Assembly (NCBI GenBank): GCA_023456105.1
Contig: JAEYAO010000066.1
Location: forward strand, 6,291-70,290
Direction of reading: 5' to 3'
Length of the DNA stretch: 64,000 nucleotides
From: Pseudomonadota bacterium
GTDB taxonomy: Bacteria; Pseudomonadota; Alphaproteobacteria; Caulobacterales; Caulobacteraceae
Below are positions 52,356 through 62,451 of the stretch, piece by piece (position 1 is the stretch's first letter; each line of letters starts with the position of its first letter). The notes under the pieces were generated by a model. It was not told the origin of the DNA and searched no databases. It saw nothing but the letters and a program-made list of their open reading frames with translations. The position numbers were made by a program, and so were the translations under genes.

Positions 52356-53264
52356 ATGCGCCGTCGCCTTGTCGTCCTGTTGTCCGCCAGCGCGCTTCTG
52401 TCGGCCTGCGGGGCGCCCGAGCCGGAAGGCCCGGCGCCGGTCGAGCCCTCGGCCGCCCCCTCGCCGGGCGCGGCGGTCGCCGCATCCACGGGATCGGTGA
52501 CCTACGCCTGCGAGAGCGGACAGGCGGTGACGGCGACCTATCCGAACGCCGACAGCGCGCAGATCGCCTATGGCGGCCGGACCTATGCGACGCGCAGCGT
52601 GCAGTCCGCCAGCGGCGCCCGCTACATCGGCGACGGCGTGGAGTGGTGGACGGCCAGCCGCAACGGGCAGGAGGGCGCGACGCTCAGCCGCCTAGGGCCC
52701 GACGGACAGACGGCGGTGGCGGTGCTGGAGCGCTGCACGCGGCCCACGGCGGGCTCGGCGCCCCAGACCCCGCCGGGACAGACGCCGGTCGTCGCCGCCG
52801 CGCCGGGAGCGAACGGAACCGCCGAGCCCTGCCGCGCCGCCGAGCTGAGGCTGTCGGATGACGGCGGCGACGCGGGCATGGGCCATCGCGTCAGCATCAT
52901 CGGCGTGCAGAACACCGGCGCGCAGCCCTGCAGCCTGCTCGGCTACCCGACCGTGACGCTGCAGGACGCCCGGGGAGGGGCGCTGAGCCAGGTGCGCGCC
53001 CAGCAGAACCCCGGCGGCTACCTGCGGGCGGGCCAGTCCCCGGTCGCGGTGACGCTGGCGGCGCAGGGCAAGGCCTTTTTCGATCTGGCCTGGACCGTCA
53101 TGCCGAACGAGGGCGAGGGCGAGACCACCTGTCCCACCGCCGCGCGGGTGCGGGTCGCCGTGCCGAACGACGCCTCGCCGCTGAACCTCGACAAGAGCTT
53201 CACGCCTTGTGGGCGCAAGATCGAGGTCAGCCCGTTTCGCGCGGAGGCCGAACCGGATCGCTGA
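52356..53264 (+). CDS. lipoprotein with MliC-like domain fused to DUF4232-like domain
   Basis: Lipobox LSAC. MliC-like YACESGQAVTATY...SASGARYIGDGVEWWTASRNGQEGATL. DUF4232-like CRAAELRLS...GVQNTGAQPCSLLGYPTVTLQD. Confidence 0.7.
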   Translation: MRRRLVVLLSASALLSACGAPEPEGPAPVEPSAAPSPGAAVAASTGSVTYACESGQAVTATYPNADSAQIAYGGRTYATRSVQSASGARYIGDGVEWWTASRNGQEGATLSRLGPDGQTAVAVLERCTRPTAGSAPQTPPGQTPVVAAAPGANGTAEPCRAAELRLSDDGGDAGMGHRVSIIGVQNTGAQPCSLLGYPTVTLQDARGGALSQVRAQQNPGGYLRAGQSPVAVTLAAQGKAFFDLAWTVMPNEGEGETTCPTAARVRVAVPNDASPLNLDKSFTPCGRKIEVSPFRAEAEPDR

Positions 53265-53322
53265 AGATCGGCGGGGATCGGCCACGCTGGAAACGGCGCG
53301 CGTTTCGGCGTAACCCGCGCCC

Positions 53323-54516
53323 ATGACCAGCGGATTCCATGCGCGCGTCGCGCAAGAGCTTCAAGACATCTCGGCCCAGGGGCTGACCAAGCCCGAGCGG
53401 ATCATCGCCTCTCGTCAGGGCCCCGCGATCCAGGTGAACGGGCGCGAGGTGCTGAACTTCTGCGCCAACAACTATCTGGGCCTGGCCGGCGACGAGCGGG
53501 TGACGCAGGCCGGGATCGCAGCGGCCGAGCGCTGGGGCGCGGGCACCGCCTCGGTGCGCTTCATCTGCGGCACGCTGGAGATTCACAAGGAGCTGGAGGC
53601 GGCGATCGCGGCCTATCTGGGCTTCGAGGACGCTATCCTGTTCGCCGCCGCCTTCGACGCCAACGGCGGCCTGTTCGAGCCGCTGCTGGGGGCGGAGGAC
53701 GCCATCGTCTCCGACAGCCTGAACCACGCCTCGATCATCGACGGGGTCCGGCTGTGCAAGGCCAAGCGCTATCGCTTCGCCAACTCGGACATGGACGATC
53801 TGGAGACCCAACTGAAGCAGGCGCGGGCGGACGGGGCGCGCGACATCATCATCGCCACCGACGGCGCCTTCTCGATGGACGGCTATATCGCCAGGCTGAA
53901 CGATATCCGGGCGCTGGCGGACCGCTATGACGCGCTGATCATGGTGGACGACTGCCACGCCACCGGATTTCTGGGGCCGCAGGGACGGGGCTCGTTCGCG
54001 CACCACGGGGTCAAGGTCGACTTCGTCACGGGCACCTTCGGCAAGGCGCTGGGCGGGGCCATGGGCGGCTTCATCTGCGCCTCCAAGCCGGTGGTCGAAC
54101 TGTTGAAGCAACGGGCGCGGCCCTACCTTTTCTCCAACGCTCTGGCGCCCGCCGTGTGCGGCTCGAGCCTTGAAGCCATCCGCATCGCGCAAGGCGAAGA
54201 GGGCGACCGGCTGCGCACGCGCCTGTCGGCCAACGCCCACCGCTACCGAACCGCCATGACGGATGCGGGCTTCACCCTGCTGCAGGGCGAGCACCCGATC
54301 ATCCCGGTGATGCTGGGCGACGCCAAGCTGGCGCAGGATATCGCCGCGCGGATGCTGGAGCTCGGCGTCTATGTGATCGGCTTCTCCTTTCCCGTCGTGC
54401 CTCGCGGGCAGGCGCGCATCCGCACCCAGATGTCGGCGGCGCATACGTTCGAGCAGATTGATCAAGCGGTCGCGGCTTTCACGACGGCCGGCAAGGAACT
54501 GGGAGTGATCCAATGA
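53323..54516 (+). CDS. kbl: glycine C-acetyltransferase (2-amino-3-ketobutyrate CoA ligase)
   Basis: PLP Lys context TFGKALGG and strong overall family pattern. Confidence 0.9.
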   Translation: MTSGFHARVAQELQDISAQGLTKPERIIASRQGPAIQVNGREVLNFCANNYLGLAGDERVTQAGIAAAERWGAGTASVRFICGTLEIHKELEAAIAAYLGFEDAILFAAAFDANGGLFEPLLGAEDAIVSDSLNHASIIDGVRLCKAKRYRFANSDMDDLETQLKQARADGARDIIIATDGAFSMDGYIARLNDIRALADRYDALIMVDDCHATGFLGPQGRGSFAHHGVKVDFVTGTFGKALGGAMGGFICASKPVVELLKQRARPYLFSNALAPAVCGSSLEAIRIAQGEEGDRLRTRLSANAHRYRTAMTDAGFTLLQGEHPIIPVMLGDAKLAQDIAARMLELGVYVIGFSFPVVPRGQARIRTQMSAAHTFEQIDQAVAAFTTAGKELGVIQ

Positions 54517-55559
54517 CGCAGACCATGAAGGCCCTGGCCAAGACCGGGCCCGTGCAGGGCCTCGAACTGATCGATGCGCCGGTGCCGGAGGCCGGGCCGG
54601 AGGACGTGCTGATCAAGGTGCACCGGGCGGCGGTGTGCGGCACCGACATCCACATCTGGAACTGGGACGAGTGGTCCCAGAAGAACGTGCCGACGCCGAT
54701 GATCACCGGGCACGAGTTCTCGGGCGAGATCGTCGGCATCGGTTCGGAAGTCGACCGCCGGCTGAAGGTCGGCCAGCGGGTGTCGGCCGAGGGGCACGTG
54801 ATCGACCTGAACTCGGAGGCGGCGCGCGCCGGCCACTTCCACCTGGACCCCAAGACGCGCGGCATCGGTGTGAACCGCCAGGGCGCCTTCGCCGAATACG
54901 TGGTGGCGCCGGCCTTCAACGTCATCGAGCTGCCGGACGAGGTGCCCTACGAGATCGGCTCGATCCTCGACCCCTTCGGCAACGCCGTGCACACGGCCCA
55001 GCAGTTCGATCTGCTGGGCGAGGACGTGCTGGTCACGGGCGCAGGACCGATCGGCATCATGGCGGCGGCGGTGGCGCGGCATGCGGGCGCGCGCACCGTG
55101 GTTCTGACCGACATCAACGACTACCGGCTGGAGCTGGCGGGGAAGGTGGCGCCGGGCGTGCGTACGGTGAACACCACGCGCGAGGACCTGCACGATGTGA
55201 TCCACGAGCTGGGCATGAAGGTCGGCTTCGACGTGGCGCTGGAGATGTCCGGCTCGCCCATCGCCTTCAAACAGTGCGTGGACACCCTGATCATGGGCGG
55301 CGGGCTGGCGCTGCTGGGCATTCCGGCCAAGCCGATGGAGACGGACTGGGGCGCGATCATCCTGAAGGCGCTGACGATCAAGGGCGTCTACGGCCGCGAG
55401 ATGTTCACGACCTGGAGAAAGATGCTGGGCCTGCTGAAGGCGGGGCTCGACCTCACGCCGCTGATCACCCACCAGATGAGTTACGAGAACTACCGCGAGG
55501 GCTTTGAGGCCATGCGGTCGGGCAAGTCCGGCAAGGTGGTGCTGGACTGGGCGGCTTAA
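54513..55559 (+). CDS. tdh: L-threonine 3-dehydrogenase
   Basis: Zn-ADH motifs CGTDIHIW, GHEFSGE, GAGPIG. 4-nt overlap with kbl. Confidence 0.9.
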   Translation: MTQTMKALAKTGPVQGLELIDAPVPEAGPEDVLIKVHRAAVCGTDIHIWNWDEWSQKNVPTPMITGHEFSGEIVGIGSEVDRRLKVGQRVSAEGHVIDLNSEAARAGHFHLDPKTRGIGVNRQGAFAEYVVAPAFNVIELPDEVPYEIGSILDPFGNAVHTAQQFDLLGEDVLVTGAGPIGIMAAAVARHAGARTVVLTDINDYRLELAGKVAPGVRTVNTTREDLHDVIHELGMKVGFDVALEMSGSPIAFKQCVDTLIMGGGLALLGIPAKPMETDWGAIILKALTIKGVYGREMFTTWRKMLGLLKAGLDLTPLITHQMSYENYREGFEAMRSGKSGKVVLDWAA

Positions 55560-55563
55560 TCGG

Positions 55564-56004
55564 ATGAGCGCCGTCGTCGACTTTCTGAGCGGCGACGGCG
55601 CGGACCGGGCGGGGCGGACGCTGGAGCAGGTGCTCGCCTTCGACGACGCGGCGCTGGAGCGCCATCACGACTACATCCAGTGGCTGTTCCCGCTGACCGA
55701 GCCGAGCGGCGCCGTGCCCGGATCGCCGGTGCTGAGTGCGGCTGACGTCGCGGCCCTGCGGAGCTCGACCGAGGCGCAGGGCAATCTGCGGCGGGGTGCG
55801 GCGCGGATGCTGGTCTTCTACCGCGACACCCGGCATTGGCGCGCGCCGGTAGACCACAATCATCTGCGGATCACCCGCATCCTCCGCTCGCTGCGGCTGC
55901 TGGTCAGCGACGCGGCGGCGGACGACTTTCATGCGGCGATCGCCAATCTGTCGGCGGAGGCGCCGATCAACGCGCGCAGCCGCGCCTTCTGGGCCGCGGC
56001 CTGA
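55564..56004 (+). CDS. opioid growth factor receptor (OGFr) conserved-region-like protein
   Basis: Hallmark HDYIQWLFPL and NHLRITRILRSL. Confidence 0.65.
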   Translation: MSAVVDFLSGDGADRAGRTLEQVLAFDDAALERHHDYIQWLFPLTEPSGAVPGSPVLSAADVAALRSSTEAQGNLRRGAARMLVFYRDTRHWRAPVDHNHLRITRILRSLRLLVSDAAADDFHAAIANLSAEAPINARSRAFWAAA

Positions 56005-56008
56005 ACGG

Positions 56009-57031
56009 CTACTGCGCCTTCAGGAGCTTCATCAGCGCGGGCTCGAATCCCTTGGTCTCGGAGCCGGGCAGGACCTCGGCGATGCGACCGCTCTCATAGA
56101 GATCGACGACCACAGGATGGACATAGGAGGATCGGCACACGGTGGGCGTGTTGCCGAGCAGGCCCGCCACGGCCTTCATGCACACGGTGATCTTGCGTCG
56201 CCCGTCCGTTTGCGAGGTCGGCGGGTCCATGTCGCGGAAGGCGCGGGCGGCCGAGACCGTGCCGGCCCAGGTGCGGAAGTCCTTGGCCGAAAAGCCCTCG
56301 CCCATGGCCTCGCGGATGTAGGCGTTCACGTCATCGGAGGTGATCGGGCACAGGGTCCCATCGGCCGTGCGGTATTTGAACATCTGCTGGCCCGGCAGAT
56401 CCTCCAGCGTGCGGACGACGCGCGCCAGACGGCGGTCGCGGACGCTGACCTTGTGCTCGACGCCGCTCTTGCCCTTGAACTCGAAGGTCATGGCCGCGCC
56501 GTCCACGTCGATGTGGCGCTTGTTCAGGGTGGTGAGACCATAGGAGCGGTTCTGCTTGGCGTAGGTCGCATTGCCGACCCGGATCAGGGTGATCTCCAGC
56601 AGGCGCACGGCGGTGGCCAGCACCTTGTCGCGGCAGACACCTTTCAAGCCAAGGTCATGCTCGACCCGCTCGCGCAACTTGGGCAGGGCTCGGGCGAAGG
56701 CGGGCAGCTTGTCGAACTTGTGCTCGGAGCGGGCCGTGCTCCAGTCGTTGTGATAGCGGTACTGCTTTCGGCCCTTCACGTCGCGGCCGGTGGCCTGGAT
56801 GTGGCCGTTGGCCCGCGGGCAGATCCAGACGTCCGTCCAGGCCGGCGGGATGGCCAGCATGCGAATGCGGTCCAGCACCTTGGGGTTCTTGACGGTCGCG
56901 CCCTTGGCGTCCCGATAGGTGAAGCCCTTGCCCGCGCGGCGGCGGGTGATGCCGGGCGTGTCGTCATTGCACCAGGCCAGACCGGCTGGGGCCTCAAGAT
57001 CGACCTCGAAGGTCGCGGCGCCGTCGGCCAT
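56009..57031 (-). CDS. DNA topoisomerase IB (poxvirus-like bacterial type)
   Basis: Start MADGAATF at 57031. IPPAWTDVWI, FEFKGKSGV, AKDFRTWAGT, SSYVHP (catalytic Tyr context). Confidence 0.85.
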   Translation of the reverse strand: MADGAATFEVDLEAPAGLAWCNDDTPGITRRRAGKGFTYRDAKGATVKNPKVLDRIRMLAIPPAWTDVWICPRANGHIQATGRDVKGRKQYRYHNDWSTARSEHKFDKLPAFARALPKLRERVEHDLGLKGVCRDKVLATAVRLLEITLIRVGNATYAKQNRSYGLTTLNKRHIDVDGAAMTFEFKGKSGVEHKVSVRDRRLARVVRTLEDLPGQQMFKYRTADGTLCPITSDDVNAYIREAMGEGFSAKDFRTWAGTVSAARAFRDMDPPTSQTDGRRKITVCMKAVAGLLGNTPTVCRSSYVHPVVVDLYESGRIAEVLPGSETKGFEPALMKLLKAQ

Positions 57032-57381
57032 CAGGCGGCGTCCTCTTGCTGATCCAGCTTGTCGTGCAGCCCGTCGATCCACTTGCGGCCTGGGTCGCCG
57101 CCCCACAGCAGCCAGGCGATGTAGCCGGCAGACGGCTTGTCCGGATCGCCCCAGTTCTTGCCGCGCTTGTCCACGTTGTGGCGGGCGAAGTAGCTGTACA
57201 TCGACTTTATGTCGCGCTCGCTGACGGCATGCTGACCCTTCAGCTGTTCGGCGCGCCGTCGGCCGACATCGGTGCCGCCCCGGCCATGCTGTTCGCGCAG
57301 CTCCAGCCCCTTTGCCGCGCAGTCGGCGACGCCCTTGGGCGGGGTGCGCTGCTTGTCGGTGAAGGGGGTCTTGGAGGCCAT
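57031..57381 (-). CDS. small conserved-looking hypothetical protein (116 aa) coupled to topoisomerase IB
   Basis: Its stop overlaps the topoisomerase IB start (ATGA). Motifs SMYSYFARH and AGYIAWLLWGGDPGRKW. Confidence 0.55.
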   Translation of the reverse strand: MASKTPFTDKQRTPPKGVADCAAKGLELREQHGRGGTDVGRRRAEQLKGQHAVSERDIKSMYSYFARHNVDKRGKNWGDPDKPSAGYIAWLLWGGDPGRKWIDGLHDKLDQQEDAA

Positions 57382-57470
57382 GGCGCGGGTCCGTTGAAGC
57401 CTGCGACGAACGCGGCGGCGAAGGCGCGAGTTCCGCTTGACCCCCGGGGCGGAGCAGGGGACGAGGCGGC

Positions 57471-58262
57471 ATGAACTATCGCCACAGCTTTCACGCCGGA
57501 AACTTCGCCGATCTGGTCAAGCACGCGCTGCTGCTGTGGCTGCTGGATGAGCGGCGGGAGAGGGGCCGCGTCGAGGTACTGGACACCCACGCCGGCGCCG
57601 GTCTGTACGACCTGAGCGGCGACGCCGCGCGCTCCAGGGAGGCGAAGGCCGGGGTGCAGCGGCTGATGACGGCGGACGGCCTGCCGCCGCGCATGCAGGC
57701 GCTGGCCGAGGCCGTGCGGGCGATCAATGCGGCCGGCGAGACGCGCCTTTACCCGGGTTCGCCGCTGCTGGCGGCGCGCGCGCTGCGGCCGGGTGACGCC
57801 TATGTAGGCCATGAGCTGAACCCGCCGGTGCTGGAACTGCTGGAAGAGGCGCTGGACGCCTATCCGGAAGCGGCGGCGCATGCGGGCGACGGCTATGCGG
57901 CGACAGGGTCGGTGCGGCCGGGGGCGCTGGTGCTGATCGACCCGCCGTTCGAGCGGCCGGACGACTACGTCCGCTCGGCCGAGGCGGGGATGGCGGCGGC
58001 GAGGCGAGGGGCCGTGGTCGCTGTGTGGACGCCGCTGAAGGACATGGAGACGCTGGACGGATTCCTGCGCCGGCTGTCCGGACCAGTGCTGGTGGCGGAG
58101 GCGCGGCTGCGGCCGCTGACCAATCCGATGAAGATGAACGGCTGCGCCATGATGGTGCTGAACCCGCCGGAGGGAGCGGACGCCGCCGCGCGCGAGATCT
58201 GCGGCTGGGTGGTCGAGGCGTTGGGCGAGCCCGGCGGCAAGGCCGAGGTGTGGCGCCTGTAG
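57471..58262 (+). CDS. rlmJ: 23S rRNA (adenine2030-N6)-methyltransferase
   Basis: MNYRHSFHAGNFADLVKH and IDPPFE motifs. Confidence 0.9.
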   Translation: MNYRHSFHAGNFADLVKHALLLWLLDERRERGRVEVLDTHAGAGLYDLSGDAARSREAKAGVQRLMTADGLPPRMQALAEAVRAINAAGETRLYPGSPLLAARALRPGDAYVGHELNPPVLELLEEALDAYPEAAAHAGDGYAATGSVRPGALVLIDPPFERPDDYVRSAEAGMAAARRGAVVAVWTPLKDMETLDGFLRRLSGPVLVAEARLRPLTNPMKMNGCAMMVLNPPEGADAAAREICGWVVEALGEPGGKAEVWRL

Positions 58263-58285
58263 GCCCGCGTGCTTAGGTCAGGCGC

Positions 58286-59011
58286 ATGAAGCCCATCGCC
58301 ATCTTGGAAACCGGCCAGCCGCCCGAGGCGCTGCGCGACGCGTTCGACGACTATCCAGCCCGGTTCCGGGCGTTGCTGGGCGAGGGCGTGGCGACGGTGC
58401 GTTTCGACGTGCAGGCCGGGCGGCTGCCGGACGATCCGTCCGACTTCGCGGGCGCCATCGTCACCGGATCGGCGGCGGGGGTGTACGACGACCTGCCCTG
58501 GATCCGGCCGCTGCTGGACTGGATCCGCGATGCGCGAGGCAAGACCCGGCTGGTCGGCATCTGCTTCGGGCATCAGGCCATGGCTCAGGCGCTGGGAGGC
58601 GACGTCGAGAAGTCCGATCGCGGCTGGGGCGTCGGCCTGCACCGCTACGAGGTGTCGGGGATCGAGGATTGGATGCACCCGCGCGCCGACAGCATCGCCA
58701 TTCCCGTGTCGCACCAGGATCAGGTGGTGGTGCAGCCGCCGGGATCGCGCGTGATCGCCTCCAGCGCATTCACGCCTTTGGCCGGTCTGGCGTGGGACGA
58801 CGCCGTGTCGTTCCAGTGCCATCCGGAGTTCGGCCCGGACTACGCCGCCGCCCTGGTCGAGGGGCGGCGCGATCGTATCCCGGGGGCGGTCGCCGAGGCG
58901 GCGCTGGAAAGCCTGAAGCGTCCTAACGACCGCGCGATCTTGACCGCATGGATTCGGGCCTTCCTGCTGCTGACCCCGCCGCCGACGGAGGAGAGCGGCA
59001 GCGGCATCTAG
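58286..59011 (+). CDS. class I glutamine amidotransferase-like protein
   Basis: GICFGHQ nucleophile elbow and the HPE motif QCHPEF. Confidence 0.8.
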   Translation: MKPIAILETGQPPEALRDAFDDYPARFRALLGEGVATVRFDVQAGRLPDDPSDFAGAIVTGSAAGVYDDLPWIRPLLDWIRDARGKTRLVGICFGHQAMAQALGGDVEKSDRGWGVGLHRYEVSGIEDWMHPRADSIAIPVSHQDQVVVQPPGSRVIASSAFTPLAGLAWDDAVSFQCHPEFGPDYAAALVEGRRDRIPGAVAEAALESLKRPNDRAILTAWIRAFLLLTPPPTEESGSGI

Positions 59012-59015
59012 CCGA

Positions 59016-59894
59016 TCAAGGCCACTTCACCAGCGGCGGCATGGAGCTGAGGATCGAATCGACATTGCCGCCGGTCTTCAGGCCGAAGGTTGTGCCGCGG
59101 TCGTACAGCAGGTTGAACTCGACATAGCGGCCGCGGCGGACCAACTGTTCTTCGCGCTCGGCCTCAGTCCAGGGCTCGACCATGCGGCGGGCGACGATGT
59201 CGACGTAGGCCTGCAGGAAAGCCTCGCCCACGTCGCGGGTGAAGGCGAAGTCGCGTTCGTAGTCGCCGCTGTCGTGATGGTCGTAGAAGACGCCGCCCGT
59301 GCCGCGCGGCTCGTTGCGGTGCGGCAGAAAGAAGTAGTCGTCGCACCAGGCCTTGAACTTGTCGTACCAGCCGCCGTGGTGGGCGTCGCAGGCGGCCTTC
59401 AACGCGGCGTGAAAGGCCACGGTGTCGGGCGCGTCCGCGTGACGATCCACGTCCAGCACCGGCGTCAGGTCGGCCCCCCCGCCGAACCAGCTTTGGGTTG
59501 TGGCGATGAAGCGGGTGTTCATGTGGACGGCCGGCACGCGCGGGCTGCGTGGATGGCAGATCAGGCTGATCCCGGTGGCGAAGAAGCGCGGGTCCTCGGC
59601 CGCGCCCGGCACGGTCCTGGCGTAGTCGGCGGGAAAGGTCCCGTGCACGGTGGAGCAGTGCACGCCGACCTTTTCGAACAGGCGGCCGTGCATCATGCCC
59701 ATCACGCCGCCGCCGCCCTCCGGCCGTTCCCACGGCGTGCGGACGAAGCGGCCGGGCTCTCCGGGGAACAGATCGGCGGGGGCCTGATCCTCCAGCGCCT
59801 CGAAGGCGGCGTGGATGCGGTCGCGCAGGCCTTCGAACCAGGCGCGGGTCTCGGCCTTCTTGTCGGAGAGAGGGTCGGTCATGGCCGCGTCCAT
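59016..59894 (-). CDS. hemF: oxygen-dependent coproporphyrinogen III oxidase
   Basis: [40 protein letters not shown]. Confidence 0.9.
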   Translation of the reverse strand: MDAAMTDPLSDKKAETRAWFEGLRDRIHAAFEALEDQAPADLFPGEPGRFVRTPWERPEGGGGVMGMMHGRLFEKVGVHCSTVHGTFPADYARTVPGAAEDPRFFATGISLICHPRSPRVPAVHMNTRFIATTQSWFGGGADLTPVLDVDRHADAPDTVAFHAALKAACDAHHGGWYDKFKAWCDDYFFLPHRNEPRGTGGVFYDHHDSGDYERDFAFTRDVGEAFLQAYVDIVARRMVEPWTEAEREEQLVRRGRYVEFNLLYDRGTTFGLKTGGNVDSILSSMPPLVKWP

Positions 59895-59979
59895 AGACCC
59901 CGCCGCGCCGGAGGGGAAAGCTTTGACTGGCGGGACGGGCGTCTGTCAGGGTGCGGGCGACGCCTCAGGAGCCTTGCGC

Positions 59980-61245
59980 ATGATCCGATCCCTTCTTCTC
60001 ACCGCCGCCTCCCTGGCGGTGCTGGCTGCGCCCGCGTCGGCGCAGGACGGGGTGGGAGAGGCGAGGGCGCGGCGCATCCTGGAGCGCAGTCCGTTGATCG
60101 ACGGTCACAACGACCTGCCCTGGGCCTTGAGGCAGGGCTTCGGGAACGACCCGCACGCCGTTGACCTGACGCAGGATCAGGGCGCCAACCCCACCACCCT
60201 GCACACCGACATCCCGCGCCTGCGCCAGGGCGGCGTGGGGGCCCAGTTCTGGTCGGTCTATGTGCCCGCCAGCCTTGCGCCGGTGGAGGCGGCCAAGGCG
60301 ACGTTCGAGCAGATCGACAGCGTTAAGCGCCTGGTCGCCGCCCATCCGGAGGCGTTCGAGCTGGCCTACACCGCCGACGACATCGAGCGGGCGCACCGTC
60401 GTGGACGCATCGCCAGCCTGATCGGCATGGAGGGCGGCTACTCCATCGACGATTCGCTGGGCCTGCTGCGCGAGTTCCACGACGCCGGCGCGCGCTACAT
60501 GACGCTGACCCACTCGACCACCACCACCTGGGCGGACAGCGCGACGGATGCGCCGAAATGGGGCGGGCTGAACCCCTTCGGCGAAGAGGTGGTGCGCGAG
60601 ATGAACCGTCTGGGCATGATGGTGGACCTGAGCCACGTCTCGGAGGAGACGATGCTGGACGCCATGCGTGTGTCCGACGCGCCGGTGATCTTTTCCCATT
60701 CCTCGGCGCGCGCGGTGACCGATCATCCGCGCAACGTGCCGGACGCCGTTCTGCGGATGATGGCCGAGGACGGCGGCGTGGTGATGGTGACGTTCGTGCC
60801 CGGCTTCATCAGCGAGCCGGTGCGGGCCTGGGGCGCCGCGCGGGCGGCGGAAGAGGCGCGGCTGAAGTCGCTGAACCCCGGCGACCCGGAGGCGGTGACG
60901 GGCGGGCTGCGGGCCTGGACGTCGGCGAACGTCCAGCCGCGCGCGTCGCTGGACGACGTGGTCGCCCACATCCAGCACGTCCGCGATGTGGCCGGGATCG
61001 ACCATGTCGGCCTGGGCGGCGACTTCGACGGGGTCGGCAGCTTGCCGGACGGCGTCGAGAGCGTCGCGGCCTATCCCCGCATCCTGGCGGCGCTGATGGC
61101 GCGCGGGTGGAGCGAGGCCGACATCCGCAAGCTGGCGGGCGGCAATGTCCTGCGGGTCATGCGGGCGGTCGAGGCTGTGGCCGCCAACAAGCGCGGCGAA
61201 CGCCCGAACCTGTCACGCCTGCCGGAAGCCCCGGCTCCGGAGTAG
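59980..61245 (+). CDS. membrane dipeptidase (M19 family), secreted
   Basis: Start MIRSLLLTAASLAVLAAPASA (signal peptide). DGHNDLPW, DLSHVS, HVGLGGDFDG. Confidence 0.85.
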   Translation: MIRSLLLTAASLAVLAAPASAQDGVGEARARRILERSPLIDGHNDLPWALRQGFGNDPHAVDLTQDQGANPTTLHTDIPRLRQGGVGAQFWSVYVPASLAPVEAAKATFEQIDSVKRLVAAHPEAFELAYTADDIERAHRRGRIASLIGMEGGYSIDDSLGLLREFHDAGARYMTLTHSTTTTWADSATDAPKWGGLNPFGEEVVREMNRLGMMVDLSHVSEETMLDAMRVSDAPVIFSHSSARAVTDHPRNVPDAVLRMMAEDGGVVMVTFVPGFISEPVRAWGAARAAEEARLKSLNPGDPEAVTGGLRAWTSANVQPRASLDDVVAHIQHVRDVAGIDHVGLGGDFDGVGSLPDGVESVAAYPRILAALMARGWSEADIRKLAGGNVLRVMRAVEAVAANKRGERPNLSRLPEAPAPE

Positions 61246-61248
61246 GTG

Positions 61249-61698
61249 TCAACCGAATGCGCCCGTCTGACGCAGGCCTTCCCACAGGGCGATGCCGGCG
61301 GTGACCGAGAGGTTCAGCGAGCGAGCATCCGGCCTCAGCGGGATCACCACGCGGGCGTCGGCGGCGGCGTGAACGTAGTCGGGCGCGCCGGCGCTCTCCT
61401 TGCCGAACAGCAGCACGTCGTCGGGCTGGAAGGCGAAGTCGGGGAGCGGCTCGGCGCCTCGGGTGGTGAACAGAACAAGCCGTCCCGGACCCCGGTCGCG
61501 CTGAAAGGCGTCCCAATCGGCATGGCGCGTCATGTGCGAGAGGGGGCCGTAATCGAGAGCGGCGCGCTTCATGGCGCGGTCGTCGAAGCGGAAGCCCGTG
61601 GGCTCGATCACATGCAGCGGGACGCCAAGGCAGGCCGACAGCCGGATGCAGGCGCCGACGTTCTGAGGAATGTCCGGTTGAAAAAGGGCGAGACGCAT
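61249..61698 (-). CDS. trmL: tRNA (cytidine(34)-2'-O)-methyltransferase (SpoU/TrmL)
   Basis: MRLALFQPDIPQNVGACIRLSA...RSLNLSVTAGIAL. The upstream part of ORF 61249..62076 is not protein-like. Confidence 0.85.
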   Translation of the reverse strand: MRLALFQPDIPQNVGACIRLSACLGVPLHVIEPTGFRFDDRAMKRAALDYGPLSHMTRHADWDAFQRDRGPGRLVLFTTRGAEPLPDFAFQPDDVLLFGKESAGAPDYVHAAADARVVIPLRPDARSLNLSVTAGIALWEGLRQTGAFG

Positions 61699-61891
61699 TC
61701 TAAGCCGGACACTAAGCGCAGCCTGGGGATTTGTCGCGGCCTTTTGCGAGCCTTTCGCAATGATGTCAGTCCTTTTCGGCGAGGGGCCGAAAGGGGCTGA
61801 GGCGGCCTCGAATTTCCGGAAAGAAGCTGAGGAAACGAAGCCGGGCCGGCGCGTCGTCGAGGCGAGCCGGTCGGCGTATGGGAGGTGCATT

Positions 61892-62434
61892 TTGGCCGAA
61901 TCGGTCGTGACCCCGGATGCGGACGGCGGCGACGCCACGCGCCGCGACTTCATCCACATCGCGGCGGGCGCCGCGGCGGTCGGCGCGGGCGCCATGATCG
62001 CCTGGCCGCTGATCAACCAGATGAACCCGGCCGCCGACACCCTGGCCCTGGCCTCCATCGAGTTCGACCTGACCAAGGTTCAGGAAGGCCAGCAGGTGGT
62101 GATCAAGTGGCAGGGCAAACCGGTGTTCGTCCGCTATCGCACCGCCCGCGAGATCCAGGAGGCGGCGGCGACGCCGCTGTCGGACCTCAAGGATCCGCAG
62201 GCCGACGCCGATCGCGTCAAGGCGGGGCATCAGCAGTTCCTGGTGGTGGTCGGATCGTGCACGCACCTCGGCTGCGTGCCGACGTTCGGGGCGGGCGACT
62301 ACGGCGGCTGGTTCTGCCCCTGCCACGGCTCGCACTACGACACCTCGGGCCGCATCCGGAAGGGACCGGCGCCGGCCAATCTGGTGGTGCCTGAATACGA
62401 CTATGTGTCCGACACCCGCGTAAAGATCGGCTGA
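61892..62434 (+). CDS. petA: ubiquinol-cytochrome c reductase iron-sulfur subunit
   Basis: Rieske boxes CTHLGC and CPCHGS and a Tat-like RRDFI. TTG 61892 lies 6 nt after GGAGG; the start is not certain. Confidence 0.85.
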   Translation: MAESVVTPDADGGDATRRDFIHIAAGAAAVGAGAMIAWPLINQMNPAADTLALASIEFDLTKVQEGQQVVIKWQGKPVFVRYRTAREIQEAAATPLSDLKDPQADADRVKAGHQQFLVVVGSCTHLGCVPTFGAGDYGGWFCPCHGSHYDTSGRIRKGPAPANLVVPEYDYVSDTRVKIG

Positions 62435-62451
62435 GGACCAGGGGGAGGGAC

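Noticed and set aside
61744-61760. Palindrome TTGCGA-N5-TCGCAA upstream of petA as an FNR/FixK box.
   Set aside because: The half-site spacing and sequence do not match TTGAT-N4-ATCAA. The function is unknown, and it overlaps the non-coding tail of a spurious ORF.
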